From contig CBDCTZ010000012.1 of NCBI GenBank assembly GCA_965222375.1, positions 512,001-576,000 on the forward strand: DNA of 64,000 nucleotides. The letters run 5' to 3'. The notes under the pieces are model-generated. The model did no database searches, was not told the DNA's origin, and saw only the letters and a program-made list of their open reading frames with translations. Source of the DNA: Polyangiaceae bacterium. GTDB lineage: Bacteria; Myxococcota_A; Polyangia; Polyangiales; Polyangiaceae. Positions 17,986-25,827 of the stretch are shown piece by piece. The first letter of the stretch is position 1. Each line of letters starts with the position of its first letter. Both the position numbers and the translations under genes were made by a program.

Positions 17986-19110
17986 ATGAGGCGTCCGATC
18001 CGTCCGGTCATTCTTGTGACACTTGGCTGTTTGGCTCTTGTCGGCTGTGACAAGAAAGATGGGCTCGACAAGGAGCGAGGGGCGGCCCCGCCCCCGGTAG
18101 CAAGCAGCAAGCCCGGGGCCTGCGCCAGTGGCGGAGGCAAGGTCACGGATTCGACCAGTGCAGCTTTTTTCCCCCGCGTTGCAGGCGGATACTGCGTTGA
18201 TCCGAACGGCGAAACCCGGGCGTTCGGCGAGGGGGCCAGCGGGTCGCTGGAGACGGTCTGCACCGAACTGTTCGATGGGGAGTGTGAGGTCTACAAGGGC
18301 TTCGGACTGCAGCGTGTCGTGACCCTCCGCTACATCGATGGCGGGGGCTCTCCCGGCTCCGTCAACGTCAATCTCAGCCGCTTCGGGTCCAAGGAAGGGG
18401 CCTACGGCTTCTTCACCAAGCGGGTGATCGCAGATGGTGACCCTGTCGAGGTTGCGCCAGCCGCACTGGAAGCTGGCGGGGCGGCCGCATTGGGTACCGG
18501 CATCGCGTACGTCTGGCGCGGGAAGCACGTTGCAGAACTCTCCTACACCAACGAACTCCAGTCGCCCGATGAGCTCAAGCAGAGCAGCAAGAAGATACTG
18601 CCGCCCCTCGGCAAAGGTGTCGGGGACAAGCTCCCCGGCGACAAGGCTTTTCCCAAAGCAGTGGGCTTGCTGCCCACGGAGAAGCGGGTCCGGCTCGGAG
18701 TTGCGTTTGCTTCTCGGGACCTACTGGATGTCTCCGGTGTGGGGCCCGGTGCAGTTGGTTTCTACAAAGACGGCGCCAAGCGCTGGCGCGTGCTCAGCGC
18801 TGAGCGCGCCGATGAAGCCAGTGCGAAAGACGTGCTCAAGTCGTTTAGCAAGCTGGACGGAGCGAAGGGCGTAAAAGGCACTGTCTTCGACGCTGTCAGC
18901 TTTCGCCGCAAGGCAGACGAACAAAGCCCCGCGGTGGCATGGGTGATTGGGCGTCATGGTAACCAACTCTTCGGTGTCGGCGACGAGGAGCACGTTCTCA
19001 GCGCGGATCAAAAAGAGGCGGAAGCCGCGAAGCTGAAACTCAGTGATGAAGAAAAAATGACATTGCTGACATCGTTCATCGACAAGGCCAAGGCGCCGAA
19101 AACACCCTGA
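17986..19110 (+). CDS. Hypothetical lipoprotein (possibly DUF6599-like)
   Basis: ATG 17986, lipobox LALVGC. Motif LFDGECEVYKGFG...FGSKEGAYGFF. The upstream part of the track ORF is antisense to fimU. Confidence 0.75.
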   Translation: MRRPIRPVILVTLGCLALVGCDKKDGLDKERGAAPPPVASSKPGACASGGGKVTDSTSAAFFPRVAGGYCVDPNGETRAFGEGASGSLETVCTELFDGECEVYKGFGLQRVVTLRYIDGGGSPGSVNVNLSRFGSKEGAYGFFTKRVIADGDPVEVAPAALEAGGAAALGTGIAYVWRGKHVAELSYTNELQSPDELKQSSKKILPPLGKGVGDKLPGDKAFPKAVGLLPTEKRVRLGVAFASRDLLDVSGVGPGAVGFYKDGAKRWRVLSAERADEASAKDVLKSFSKLDGAKGVKGTVFDAVSFRRKADEQSPAVAWVIGRHGNQLFGVGDEEHVLSADQKEAEAAKLKLSDEEKMTLLTSFIDKAKAPKTP

Positions 19111-19245
19111 GCCCACTCGCGCGAGACCGCGCGCAAGTGGTTCAACCTGATTTGTGCCGCAGGAGGGCAACCCCTTGCGGCTGTCGCGGTCGAATTCATG
19201 TTAGGTGGCAGGCAAATAGTTTCTTGCCAGCAAAATAGGTGCACC

Positions 19246-20391
19246 TTGGATTTCGAATTGCCCGAACCCCACCGCATCCTCCGGCAGAGCGTCCGGGAGT
19301 TCTGCGAAAAAGAAGTACGCCCCCACGCACGAGTCTGGGATGCCGAAGAACGATTCCCCCAGGAGCTCGTTCCGAAATTGGCACAGCTCGGACTGCTCGG
19401 GATCCGGATCCCCGAGGAGTACGGCGGAGCCGGAATGGACACCTTGGCGTACGCCATCGCGGTGGAAGAGTGCGCTCGAGTTGACGGTTCTTTGGCACTC
19501 ACTGTCGCGAGTCACAACGGGCTTGGAACGGGACATATTCTCGCGTTTGGCAATGATGAACAAAAACGGCGCTACCTCCCCAAAGCTGCGAGTGGGGAGT
19601 GGCTCGCAGCCTGGGGGTTGACCGAGCCCGGGAGTGGTTCCGACAGTGCGGGCTTGCGAACGACGGCCGTGCGCGACGGTGACGATTGGGTTCTGAACGG
19701 AACCAAGATGTTCATCACTCAGGGTTCCGTCGGCGGCTTTTGCGTCATCTTGGCGCGGACGAACACCAACGTGCCGGCGAATCGCGGTATTACCGCTTTC
19801 ATCGTGGATCGAGGCACCCCAGGCTTTTCGGCTTCGAAGAAGCTCGAGAAGTATGGCTGTCGCTCCAGCGACACCGTCGAGCTCTCCCTCGAAAACGTCC
19901 GAGTACACGACTCGCAGCGTCTCGGGGAGGTGGATTCGGGCTTCTATGACACGATGAAGATCCTCGATCGCGGCCGGGTCTCCATCGCGGCCATGGCTCT
20001 CGGGTTGGGCCGTGGCGCGCTGCACCTCGCTTTGGAATACTCCAAAGAACGCACCGCTTTCGGCAAACCCATTTCTGGCTTCCAGGCCATTCAATGGAAG
20101 CTCGCTGATGCAGCCACGACTCTCGACGCCGCGGAGCTGCTGGTGCAACGCGCTGCAGACCTCTGCGACCGCGGTCAGCCCTACTCCGCTGAGGCGTCCA
20201 TGGCGAAGCTCTTTGCTAGCGAAGCGGCCACTGCAGTCTGCAATGACGCCGTCCAAATCCACGGCGGCTACGGCTACACGCGAGAATACGACGTCGAGCG
20301 ATTCCTCCGTGACGTGAAGATCTGCGAGATCGGGGAGGGGACCAGCGAAATCCAACGCATGGTCATCTCCAAGCATTTGCTGCGAGGCTAG
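19246..20391 (+). CDS. Acyl-CoA dehydrogenase
   Basis: LTEPGSGSD, LNGTKMFITQG, AFGKPI..FQAIQ, AVQIHGGYGY, IGEGTSEIQ. TTG start inferred. Confidence 0.96.
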   Translation: MDFELPEPHRILRQSVREFCEKEVRPHARVWDAEERFPQELVPKLAQLGLLGIRIPEEYGGAGMDTLAYAIAVEECARVDGSLALTVASHNGLGTGHILAFGNDEQKRRYLPKAASGEWLAAWGLTEPGSGSDSAGLRTTAVRDGDDWVLNGTKMFITQGSVGGFCVILARTNTNVPANRGITAFIVDRGTPGFSASKKLEKYGCRSSDTVELSLENVRVHDSQRLGEVDSGFYDTMKILDRGRVSIAAMALGLGRGALHLALEYSKERTAFGKPISGFQAIQWKLADAATTLDAAELLVQRAADLCDRGQPYSAEASMAKLFASEAATAVCNDAVQIHGGYGYTREYDVERFLRDVKICEIGEGTSEIQRMVISKHLLRG

Positions 20392-20417
20392 GGGCTCGGC
20401 GCCGTCGACATGGCGTG

Positions 20418-20512
20418 TCCCTCCCCCTGAGCGGGCAAGGCCGAAGGCCGCCGCACGCGATTTGGGGGAGGCCGCCCGCCCGCAGCGCCTGAGGCGCGAG
20501 GACGGACGGGGT
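20418..20512. repeat. REP-like palindromic intergenic element interrupted by the IS
   Basis: CCTCCCCC...GGGGGAGG inverted arms followed by CGGACGGGGT, continuing as GGGGGC on the far side of the IS. Single copy in the window. Confidence 0.4.
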
Positions 20513-22004
20513 CTCATGATTGATCACTTTTTCTGGATGGAATCGAAGGCCATGTGCCACCCAGCTTTCAGGAGCAGAAGCTTTTCGTAGCCGCGCCCCA
20601 GCGTCATCCAACCCGGTGGCCCGTTGTTCTTGATATGGCCACCCAGCCGGGCAAGTAGGGCGACGGCATCACCTACTGTTCTTGGCGGACGCATGCCGCG
20701 GGTTGCACGGTCTCGTTGGAGCAGTTCGAGACTCACTGCATCAAATGCACTGGCTGCCGGCGCGTTGGAATTCGTTCGGTCCATCGCTCGCAGCCAGAGA
20801 AGCCGGCATGCGATGGGGGCAAGAATTGCCAGGACCTTGCGGAGCGCATCGTAGGACTCCACCTGCCTTCGTTCGAGTGAACAGCCTGTTTTTAGCGCTT
20901 TGAAGTAGTCCTCAATCGTCCATCGCTTGCAATACAGGTCGGCGATTCTTTTGAGCTGCGCTTGGGTTCCTACCGGCTCGGACGTGAGAAGAATCCAATC
21001 AACGGGGTCCTCGCCCGGTGGTGGAGAGACCTCCCATGCACGCACGACATTCAGCTCGAAACTCCCTCCCGCATGGCGCGTGTACCGGGTCTTTCCGAAG
21101 GAAACAGTTGTTCCAGCAATGGCAACACGGGCGGTTCGCGCGTCTCGCGGTGGGTGCTTCTTCCGGCCTTTTGCTCCCTGCGTTTTCACGTTCCGTTTCC
21201 GCTCGCTCAAGAAGACGTCTCGATGTGCAACGGCTTTGAGTCCATCAACCGCTTGGCGTAGGTGGACGAGTTCACCTTCGTCGTGCACGAGGCGCTCCAG
21301 CTGCCCAGCGCGGATGACAAATCGCGAAGATTCGCTCGTCAGCTGCCGCATGAGGTCGAAGAAGTCCGCCTCGGCATCCATGATGTGGATTGCTCGGCCT
21401 CGAAGCGCCTCCGTTTCCGACGCAGTCACGCCACGCAACCATCGTGCCGATTCGCGCGGCTCACCGTCACGCCTTGCGGACCGCTTCTTCTTTCGTTTTC
21501 TCCAAGTCTTCCCGGTGCGTGTGTAAGTCTCGATGTTGCTGATCCCGAGAGGAAGACCACTCGAGGCGCTGATACACAGCGACACATGGGCCATGAATCC
21601 CTGACGACCAAGAGCGGTCGTATATCCTAGCCCTTCGCGCGTTCCCTCTCCCCGAAACTCAACCGTCGTCGTGTCGTGAATGAACAGCACGCCGTCGGAA
21701 GCTTCCGCACGTGCCTGCGTTGCTTTTCGATGCGGCTTCAGAACTGCCTGTCCGTCGAACGCGTCGTTGTTGATAAATCGATAGAAGCCCTCCAATTCGG
21801 CAGTGGATTCGAAGGCACGAGGGAATCCCAGGCCGGGCTGCCGTGCAACCGCGTCAACCACTTGGAGCAACCGGGCAGAACGTCTCGCGTCCCCGAGCTC
21901 CGCGCCTCCAAAGTCTTTTTCAACCCAAGCGATCCGCTTTCCTTCAGCCATTTGAAGCTTTGATCACAGCCCTTTGCGCTTGGCAAGATGTGATAGATCT
22001 TGAG
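20513..22004 (-). mobile_element. IS4-family insertion sequence (IS50/Tn5-like), 1492 bp, apparently intact
   Basis: Imperfect TIRs CTCATGATTGATCACTTTTT (20513-20532) and CTCAAGATCTATCACATCTT (reverse complement of 21985-22004), 15/20 identical. Perfect 10-bp direct repeat CGGACGGGGT at 20503-20512 and 22005-22014. Confidence 0.93.
20524..21951 (-). CDS. IS4-family DDE transposase (Tn5-like)
   Basis: N-terminal WVEKDFGGAELGDARRSARL, HDTT, DAEAD, WILLTS, YREK-type YCKRWTIEDYFKALKTG, C-terminal LARLGG...PGWMTL.RG. Confidence 0.95.
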   Translation of the reverse strand: MAEGKRIAWVEKDFGGAELGDARRSARLLQVVDAVARQPGLGFPRAFESTAELEGFYRFINNDAFDGQAVLKPHRKATQARAEASDGVLFIHDTTTVEFRGEGTREGLGYTTALGRQGFMAHVSLCISASSGLPLGISNIETYTRTGKTWRKRKKKRSARRDGEPRESARWLRGVTASETEALRGRAIHIMDAEADFFDLMRQLTSESSRFVIRAGQLERLVHDEGELVHLRQAVDGLKAVAHRDVFLSERKRNVKTQGAKGRKKHPPRDARTARVAIAGTTVSFGKTRYTRHAGGSFELNVVRAWEVSPPPGEDPVDWILLTSEPVGTQAQLKRIADLYCKRWTIEDYFKALKTGCSLERRQVESYDALRKVLAILAPIACRLLWLRAMDRTNSNAPAASAFDAVSLELLQRDRATRGMRPPRTVGDAVALLARLGGHIKNNGPPGWMTLGRGYEKLLLLKAGWHMAFDSIQKK

Positions 22005-22070
22005 CGGACGGGGTGGGGGCACCCCAAACCAAACAACGGAGCGACTTGTCTCACCCTCGCTGGTCGGCGG

Positions 22071-22625
22071 CTATTCCGTTCTTTGAATGATGTGGAAGCC
22101 GAAGGGCGACTCCACGACCTCGCTGATTTCCCCCGGCTCGAGGGAGAAAGCGACGTTTTCGAACTCTCGGATCATCACGCCGCGGGGAAACTTGCCCAGG
22201 CTGCCACCCCGGCCGGGGGCGCCCGGTTCGTCGGAGTATTCTCGAACTAGTTCAGTGAAGTCCTCGCCGCTTTTGGCGCGGGCCAGCGCTTCATCCGCCA
22301 GGGCGCGGGCCTCGTCTTTTCCACGGGTCACGCTCGGGGGCGCCCGCATGCCGCCGCGATACATCACGAGAATGTGGCGCGCGCCGATCTTCTCCGGCGT
22401 CGCATTGGTCGCGCCGCCCCCTTGCAGATCCGATTCCGGCAGGGGTGTACCCAGGGGCGGCCAAATGGGTTTGCTGGCACCCCGGGGCGGCTCACTCACA
22501 GATTCATGAGTCGTGACGACGCAGCCGCCGAGCAGCACGGCAACGCCCAAGCTCAGGAGCGAGACGAAGCGGCGGCGGCGTGCCACTGCCGGGGCCATGC
22601 CGGCCATCTTGGCTGCATTGGACAT
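22071..22625 (-). CDS. Parvulin (PpiC-type) peptidyl-prolyl isomerase, lipoprotein
   Basis: LLGGC lipobox; ARHILV, EYSDEPG..GGSLGKF, VESPFGFHII. Start uncertain. Confidence 0.9.
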   Translation of the reverse strand: MSNAAKMAGMAPAVARRRRFVSLLSLGVAVLLGGCVVTTHESVSEPPRGASKPIWPPLGTPLPESDLQGGGATNATPEKIGARHILVMYRGGMRAPPSVTRGKDEARALADEALARAKSGEDFTELVREYSDEPGAPGRGGSLGKFPRGVMIREFENVAFSLEPGEISEVVESPFGFHIIQRTE

Positions 22626-22629
22626 CGAT

Positions 22630-23400
22630 TTATTCGGTGCGCTTGATGACGTGATAGCCGAAAGGCGTTTCGACGATCCCCGAGATCCCGCCCACCTTGA
22701 GGGCAAAGGCAGCATCGCTGAAGGGTTTGACCATACGCTCAGGGGTGAACTTGCCCAGCTTTCCGAAGCCGGTCTTGGCACCTGGCTCGTCAGAGTACTC
22801 GGCAGCGAGCTTGTCGAAGTCTGTTCCGGACTTGGCTTTCTTCAGGGCTTCTTCAGCGCGGGTCTTGGCCTCCGCCTTGGTCCGCTTGATGTGCTTTCCG
22901 GCTCGGGCGGAGCCTTCGTATTGAACCAAGACGTGTTGTGCCGAGATGGACGCTGGCTTGTCGCTGGTGTCGACCTCCTTGGTTTCAGTACTGCTTGTTA
23001 CTGCGTCGTCGGCTTTGCCCGTCTTTGGCGAGAAGAATCCAGCTGCACCCATCGCGCCGACGGCGATCAGACCGATCATCACTACCCAAGGTAGCCAGTC
23101 GGGCAGTCCGTCGTCGCTGGGGTCTGCATGTACGGGGCGCCGTGCCGAGGGTTCGTCCTCGTCGTCGTCCTCGTACTCCTCGTCTTCGTACTCGTCGTCG
23201 TCCTCGTCGTCCTCGTACTCGTCATCCTCGTCGGGTGCGTTTTCGCTGTCGTCGTTAGCATTCTCGTCGCCCGCGCTGTCTTCTTCTTCCTCGTCGTCGT
23301 CCTGCTCCGTGTCGAGGTCCGAGTCCTCTTCGTCATTTTTCCACGGCGGATCGGCCTGTGAGTCGCTGCGGTGGGATTTGCCTTTGTTCTTCTTTGCCAT
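22630..23400 (-). CDS. Parvulin (PpiC-type) PPIase with acidic N-terminal tail and TM anchor
   Basis: Long D/E tract, TM WLPWVVMIGLIAVGAMGAAGFF, then AQHVLV...EYSDEPG...VETPFGYHVI. Confidence 0.92.
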   Translation of the reverse strand: MAKKNKGKSHRSDSQADPPWKNDEEDSDLDTEQDDDEEEEDSAGDENANDDSENAPDEDDEYEDDEDDDEYEDEEYEDDDEDEPSARRPVHADPSDDGLPDWLPWVVMIGLIAVGAMGAAGFFSPKTGKADDAVTSSTETKEVDTSDKPASISAQHVLVQYEGSARAGKHIKRTKAEAKTRAEEALKKAKSGTDFDKLAAEYSDEPGAKTGFGKLGKFTPERMVKPFSDAAFALKVGGISGIVETPFGYHVIKRTE

Positions 23401-23405
23401 CGGGA

Positions 23406-24245
23406 TTACGCTTTCAGTTTTGCCCAAGCGTTCGTAATGACGGGATCCCGCCGGCCGCCCGCGAATGCTGCGATGGATAGCGTGTTCTCGTCAGCTCGAG
23501 ACATCTCCGTCCGGACTGCTTCGCCCGGCCAGACCGGCTTGCGGAACTGCACGCCGAGTTCCAGGAGGCGGTCCGCGTCTCCATCCAACCATTCCTGGGT
23601 CACTGCCCGTGCGACGAATCCGTAGGTCGCGAGGCCGTGGAGAATTGGGCCTTGGGGGAAGCCCACCATCTTCGCAAAGTCGGGATCTGCGTGGAGCGGG
23701 TTCAGGTCACCCGAAAGTCGGTACAGCAGTGCCTGTTCCGGCAACGTGGTTTCTTCCCGAGTCTTGTCTGGATTGTCTTTGGTGACCGATGGGACCTCGC
23801 TCTTTGGAGGAGGCTGCCCGTCGAACCCGCCAGCCCCCCGAAACAGGATCGCCCATTCTGTATCGAAGCAGGGCTCGCCCTTGACCGTGGTCTTCGTCTC
23901 GATCACGACCTGGGCCATCTTCTTCAAGTCGTAGATGCCCTTGATCGTCCCAACCGTGGACAGGGTGCCTTCGCTGGGAATGGGTCGATGGGCGCGCACG
24001 ACCTGTCCGCCGTGGACGACCATTGCTAGATCGCCCTTGGTCTTGGCGAGGACGTCGCCGATCACCGGCAGGACCGGGACCACGGCAAAAGTGGGGTACA
24101 CCTTCGGTCCCTTCGACTCGTAGAGGTAGTCGAGTTCCTCGCGCTTAGCTCCGATCCCCAGCGCGTACAGCACCGTGGTCTTCCAATCGTAGGTGAACTC
24201 GTGGGCCTCGGTTTGGTAGCCCGCGGTAGAGACGTCCAAGCTCAT
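23406..24245 (-). CDS. MaoC-like (R)-specific enoyl-CoA hydratase (hydratase-2, double hotdog)
   Basis: LYALGIG, VHGGQ, hydratase-2 motif YRLSGDLNPLHADP, PILHGL, FRKPVWPGE. Confidence 0.93.
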   Translation of the reverse strand: MSLDVSTAGYQTEAHEFTYDWKTTVLYALGIGAKREELDYLYESKGPKVYPTFAVVPVLPVIGDVLAKTKGDLAMVVHGGQVVRAHRPIPSEGTLSTVGTIKGIYDLKKMAQVVIETKTTVKGEPCFDTEWAILFRGAGGFDGQPPPKSEVPSVTKDNPDKTREETTLPEQALLYRLSGDLNPLHADPDFAKMVGFPQGPILHGLATYGFVARAVTQEWLDGDADRLLELGVQFRKPVWPGEAVRTEMSRADENTLSIAAFAGGRRDPVITNAWAKLKA

Positions 24246-24364
24246 TGTCTGCTCCAATCAGGGGTTCTGGGCCACCGGTTACTGGCCCGCAGGCTTGTCG
24301 TCAATCGCTGAAAAAACCTGGCGGTTGACGCCCGCAGGCCGGCCGGGCGAGCGTTCGAAAAATC

Positions 24365-25093
24365 GTGGCACCCACCGCGCTTTCCATCGCCCTGGACCTT
24401 TTCAACGATTTGGGGATCGACCTGCCTGCCTGGGGCTTGGCCTGGGCACGCACGGCTCCGACGGTCGTGCTGGTTCCCGCATTTGGGCTGCGTGCCATTC
24501 CGCGCCCAGCTCGGGCAGTGCTTGGACTAGCCATCGCGGCAAGCATCGCGCCAGCGATGGTCATCGATCCGGACGCGACCATGCCCTGGGCGCTGAACGC
24601 CGCGTACGAAGCTCTGCGGGGTGTCCCCGTTGCTCTGGGTGCTGCGGCCACGCTATGGGCCGCGAGCCAGGCGGGTGGCTTGGTAGACAATCTACGTGGC
24701 GGGCGCGAGAGCGCCAGCCTGCCCAACGTCGAACCCGGCACCACGCCAACGGGTGCGTTGGTTGCCGTACTGATCGCGATCGCGTTTCTCGAGGGTGGAG
24801 GCGCGTCCAAGGTTGCCGCGGCGTTGATTCGCGCTGACCAAGATCTGCAGCATGCGTATTCTCGAGCGGCCATCACGTTGTTGTCGAGCGTCGAAATCGC
24901 CATCGCGGTTGCGGCGCCAGTCATTGCGGCGTCGATAGTGTTGGAGGTTGCCAGCGCTCTCGTCTCGCGAGCGGCGAGTCCCGCCTATGTGCAGCCGCTG
25001 TTGGCGCCCCTGAAGAGTCTTGTCATCTTGGGCGTTTTCGCGCTGGTGCTCGAGCGTGTGGTCGAACTACTGGCGCTGGCGACGCCGGGCTAA
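24365..25093 (+). CDS. SctT/FliR family type III export-gate membrane protein (orphan)
   Basis: Hydrophobic 242 aa with ART...VPAFG...IP..AR, EALRG...AGGLVDNLRG, AAPVI...LEVASALVSRA...PLK, matching the FliR/SpaR pattern. Confidence 0.8.
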   Translation: MAPTALSIALDLFNDLGIDLPAWGLAWARTAPTVVLVPAFGLRAIPRPARAVLGLAIAASIAPAMVIDPDATMPWALNAAYEALRGVPVALGAAATLWAASQAGGLVDNLRGGRESASLPNVEPGTTPTGALVAVLIAIAFLEGGGASKVAAALIRADQDLQHAYSRAAITLLSSVEIAIAVAAPVIAASIVLEVASALVSRAASPAYVQPLLAPLKSLVILGVFALVLERVVELLALATPG

Positions 25094-25104
25094 AGGCGCC
25101 TGCG

Positions 25105-25827
25105 CTAGAGCTGCACGCTGTAGGCGACGCTCAACATCACGCTGAACACATCGTTTTGGCCCACGAGCGACGCTTCGTCGCCCAGGGGGTCCGTTTCGGG
25201 GGTTTCCGGAAGGAACCAACTGCCGTAGCGCAAGCCGGTGCCCAGGCTCCAGCGGGGCGCGAACTGGTAGGCACCACCCGCTGCGAGCCCGACCGTATAT
25301 CCCTCACTACGAATCGTGACTCCTCGCGGGCCAACCAGGGCGCGATCACTCTTGCCCTCGCGGGACTCGAAACGGTCACTCACCACCACCAATCCGCTGG
25401 TGATGCCGAGCCAGACCTCGAAGGGATCCACGGAGTAAGGGTAGTATCGAGCGATTGCCTCGACGGTGAAATAACCGCGGGAGTGATCCCGAGATGTGCC
25501 GGGCGGGTCCTGACGCGGGGCGTCCGTCGTCGGCGTGAGACCGAGAGTAGCTCCGGCGCCCACAGCGAAGGTGCGGTGCGCACGATATAGCTGCCAAGCG
25601 TCCAGCTCGAGGCTCGAGTCCCCCTTGGTGCAGCCAGCGATGTCTCGTTCGACGCAGACCTCGGCGGCGGGCAAGACCAACCACCCGAGGCCGACCTCAG
25701 CCATGCCAAGGGGCCGTTCTGGCAGAGGTGCCACGGAGTCGCCGTGGCGGTCCACCTGGGCGTGCGCCGGCAGAGAGAGCGTCGCCACTGCGGCTGCCCA
25801 CACCAGGGTGCGACGCCTCACAACCAC
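25105..25827 (-). CDS. Secreted probable outer-membrane beta-barrel protein
   Basis: Signal peptide ending AHA, amphipathic strands (ARYYPY, GGAYQF, LGTGLRYGSW, LSVAY). Overlaps the upstream kinase stop. Confidence 0.7.
   Translation of the reverse strand: MVVRRRTLVWAAAVATLSLPAHAQVDRHGDSVAPLPERPLGMAEVGLGWLVLPAAEVCVERDIAGCTKGDSSLELDAWQLYRAHRTFAVGAGATLGLTPTTDAPRQDPPGTSRDHSRGYFTVEAIARYYPYSVDPFEVWLGITSGLVVVSDRFESREGKSDRALVGPRGVTIRSEGYTVGLAAGGAYQFAPRWSLGTGLRYGSWFLPETPETDPLGDEASLVGQNDVFSVMLSVAYSVQL

Noticed and set aside
19201..20517. 438-aa minus-strand ORF
   Set aside because: Antisense shadow of the acyl-CoA dehydrogenase, which is common in high-GC DNA; no motifs.
22946..23437. Poly-Ser ORFs (also 30212-30598)
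   Set aside because: Antisense readings of GAC/GAG-rich acidic tracts.
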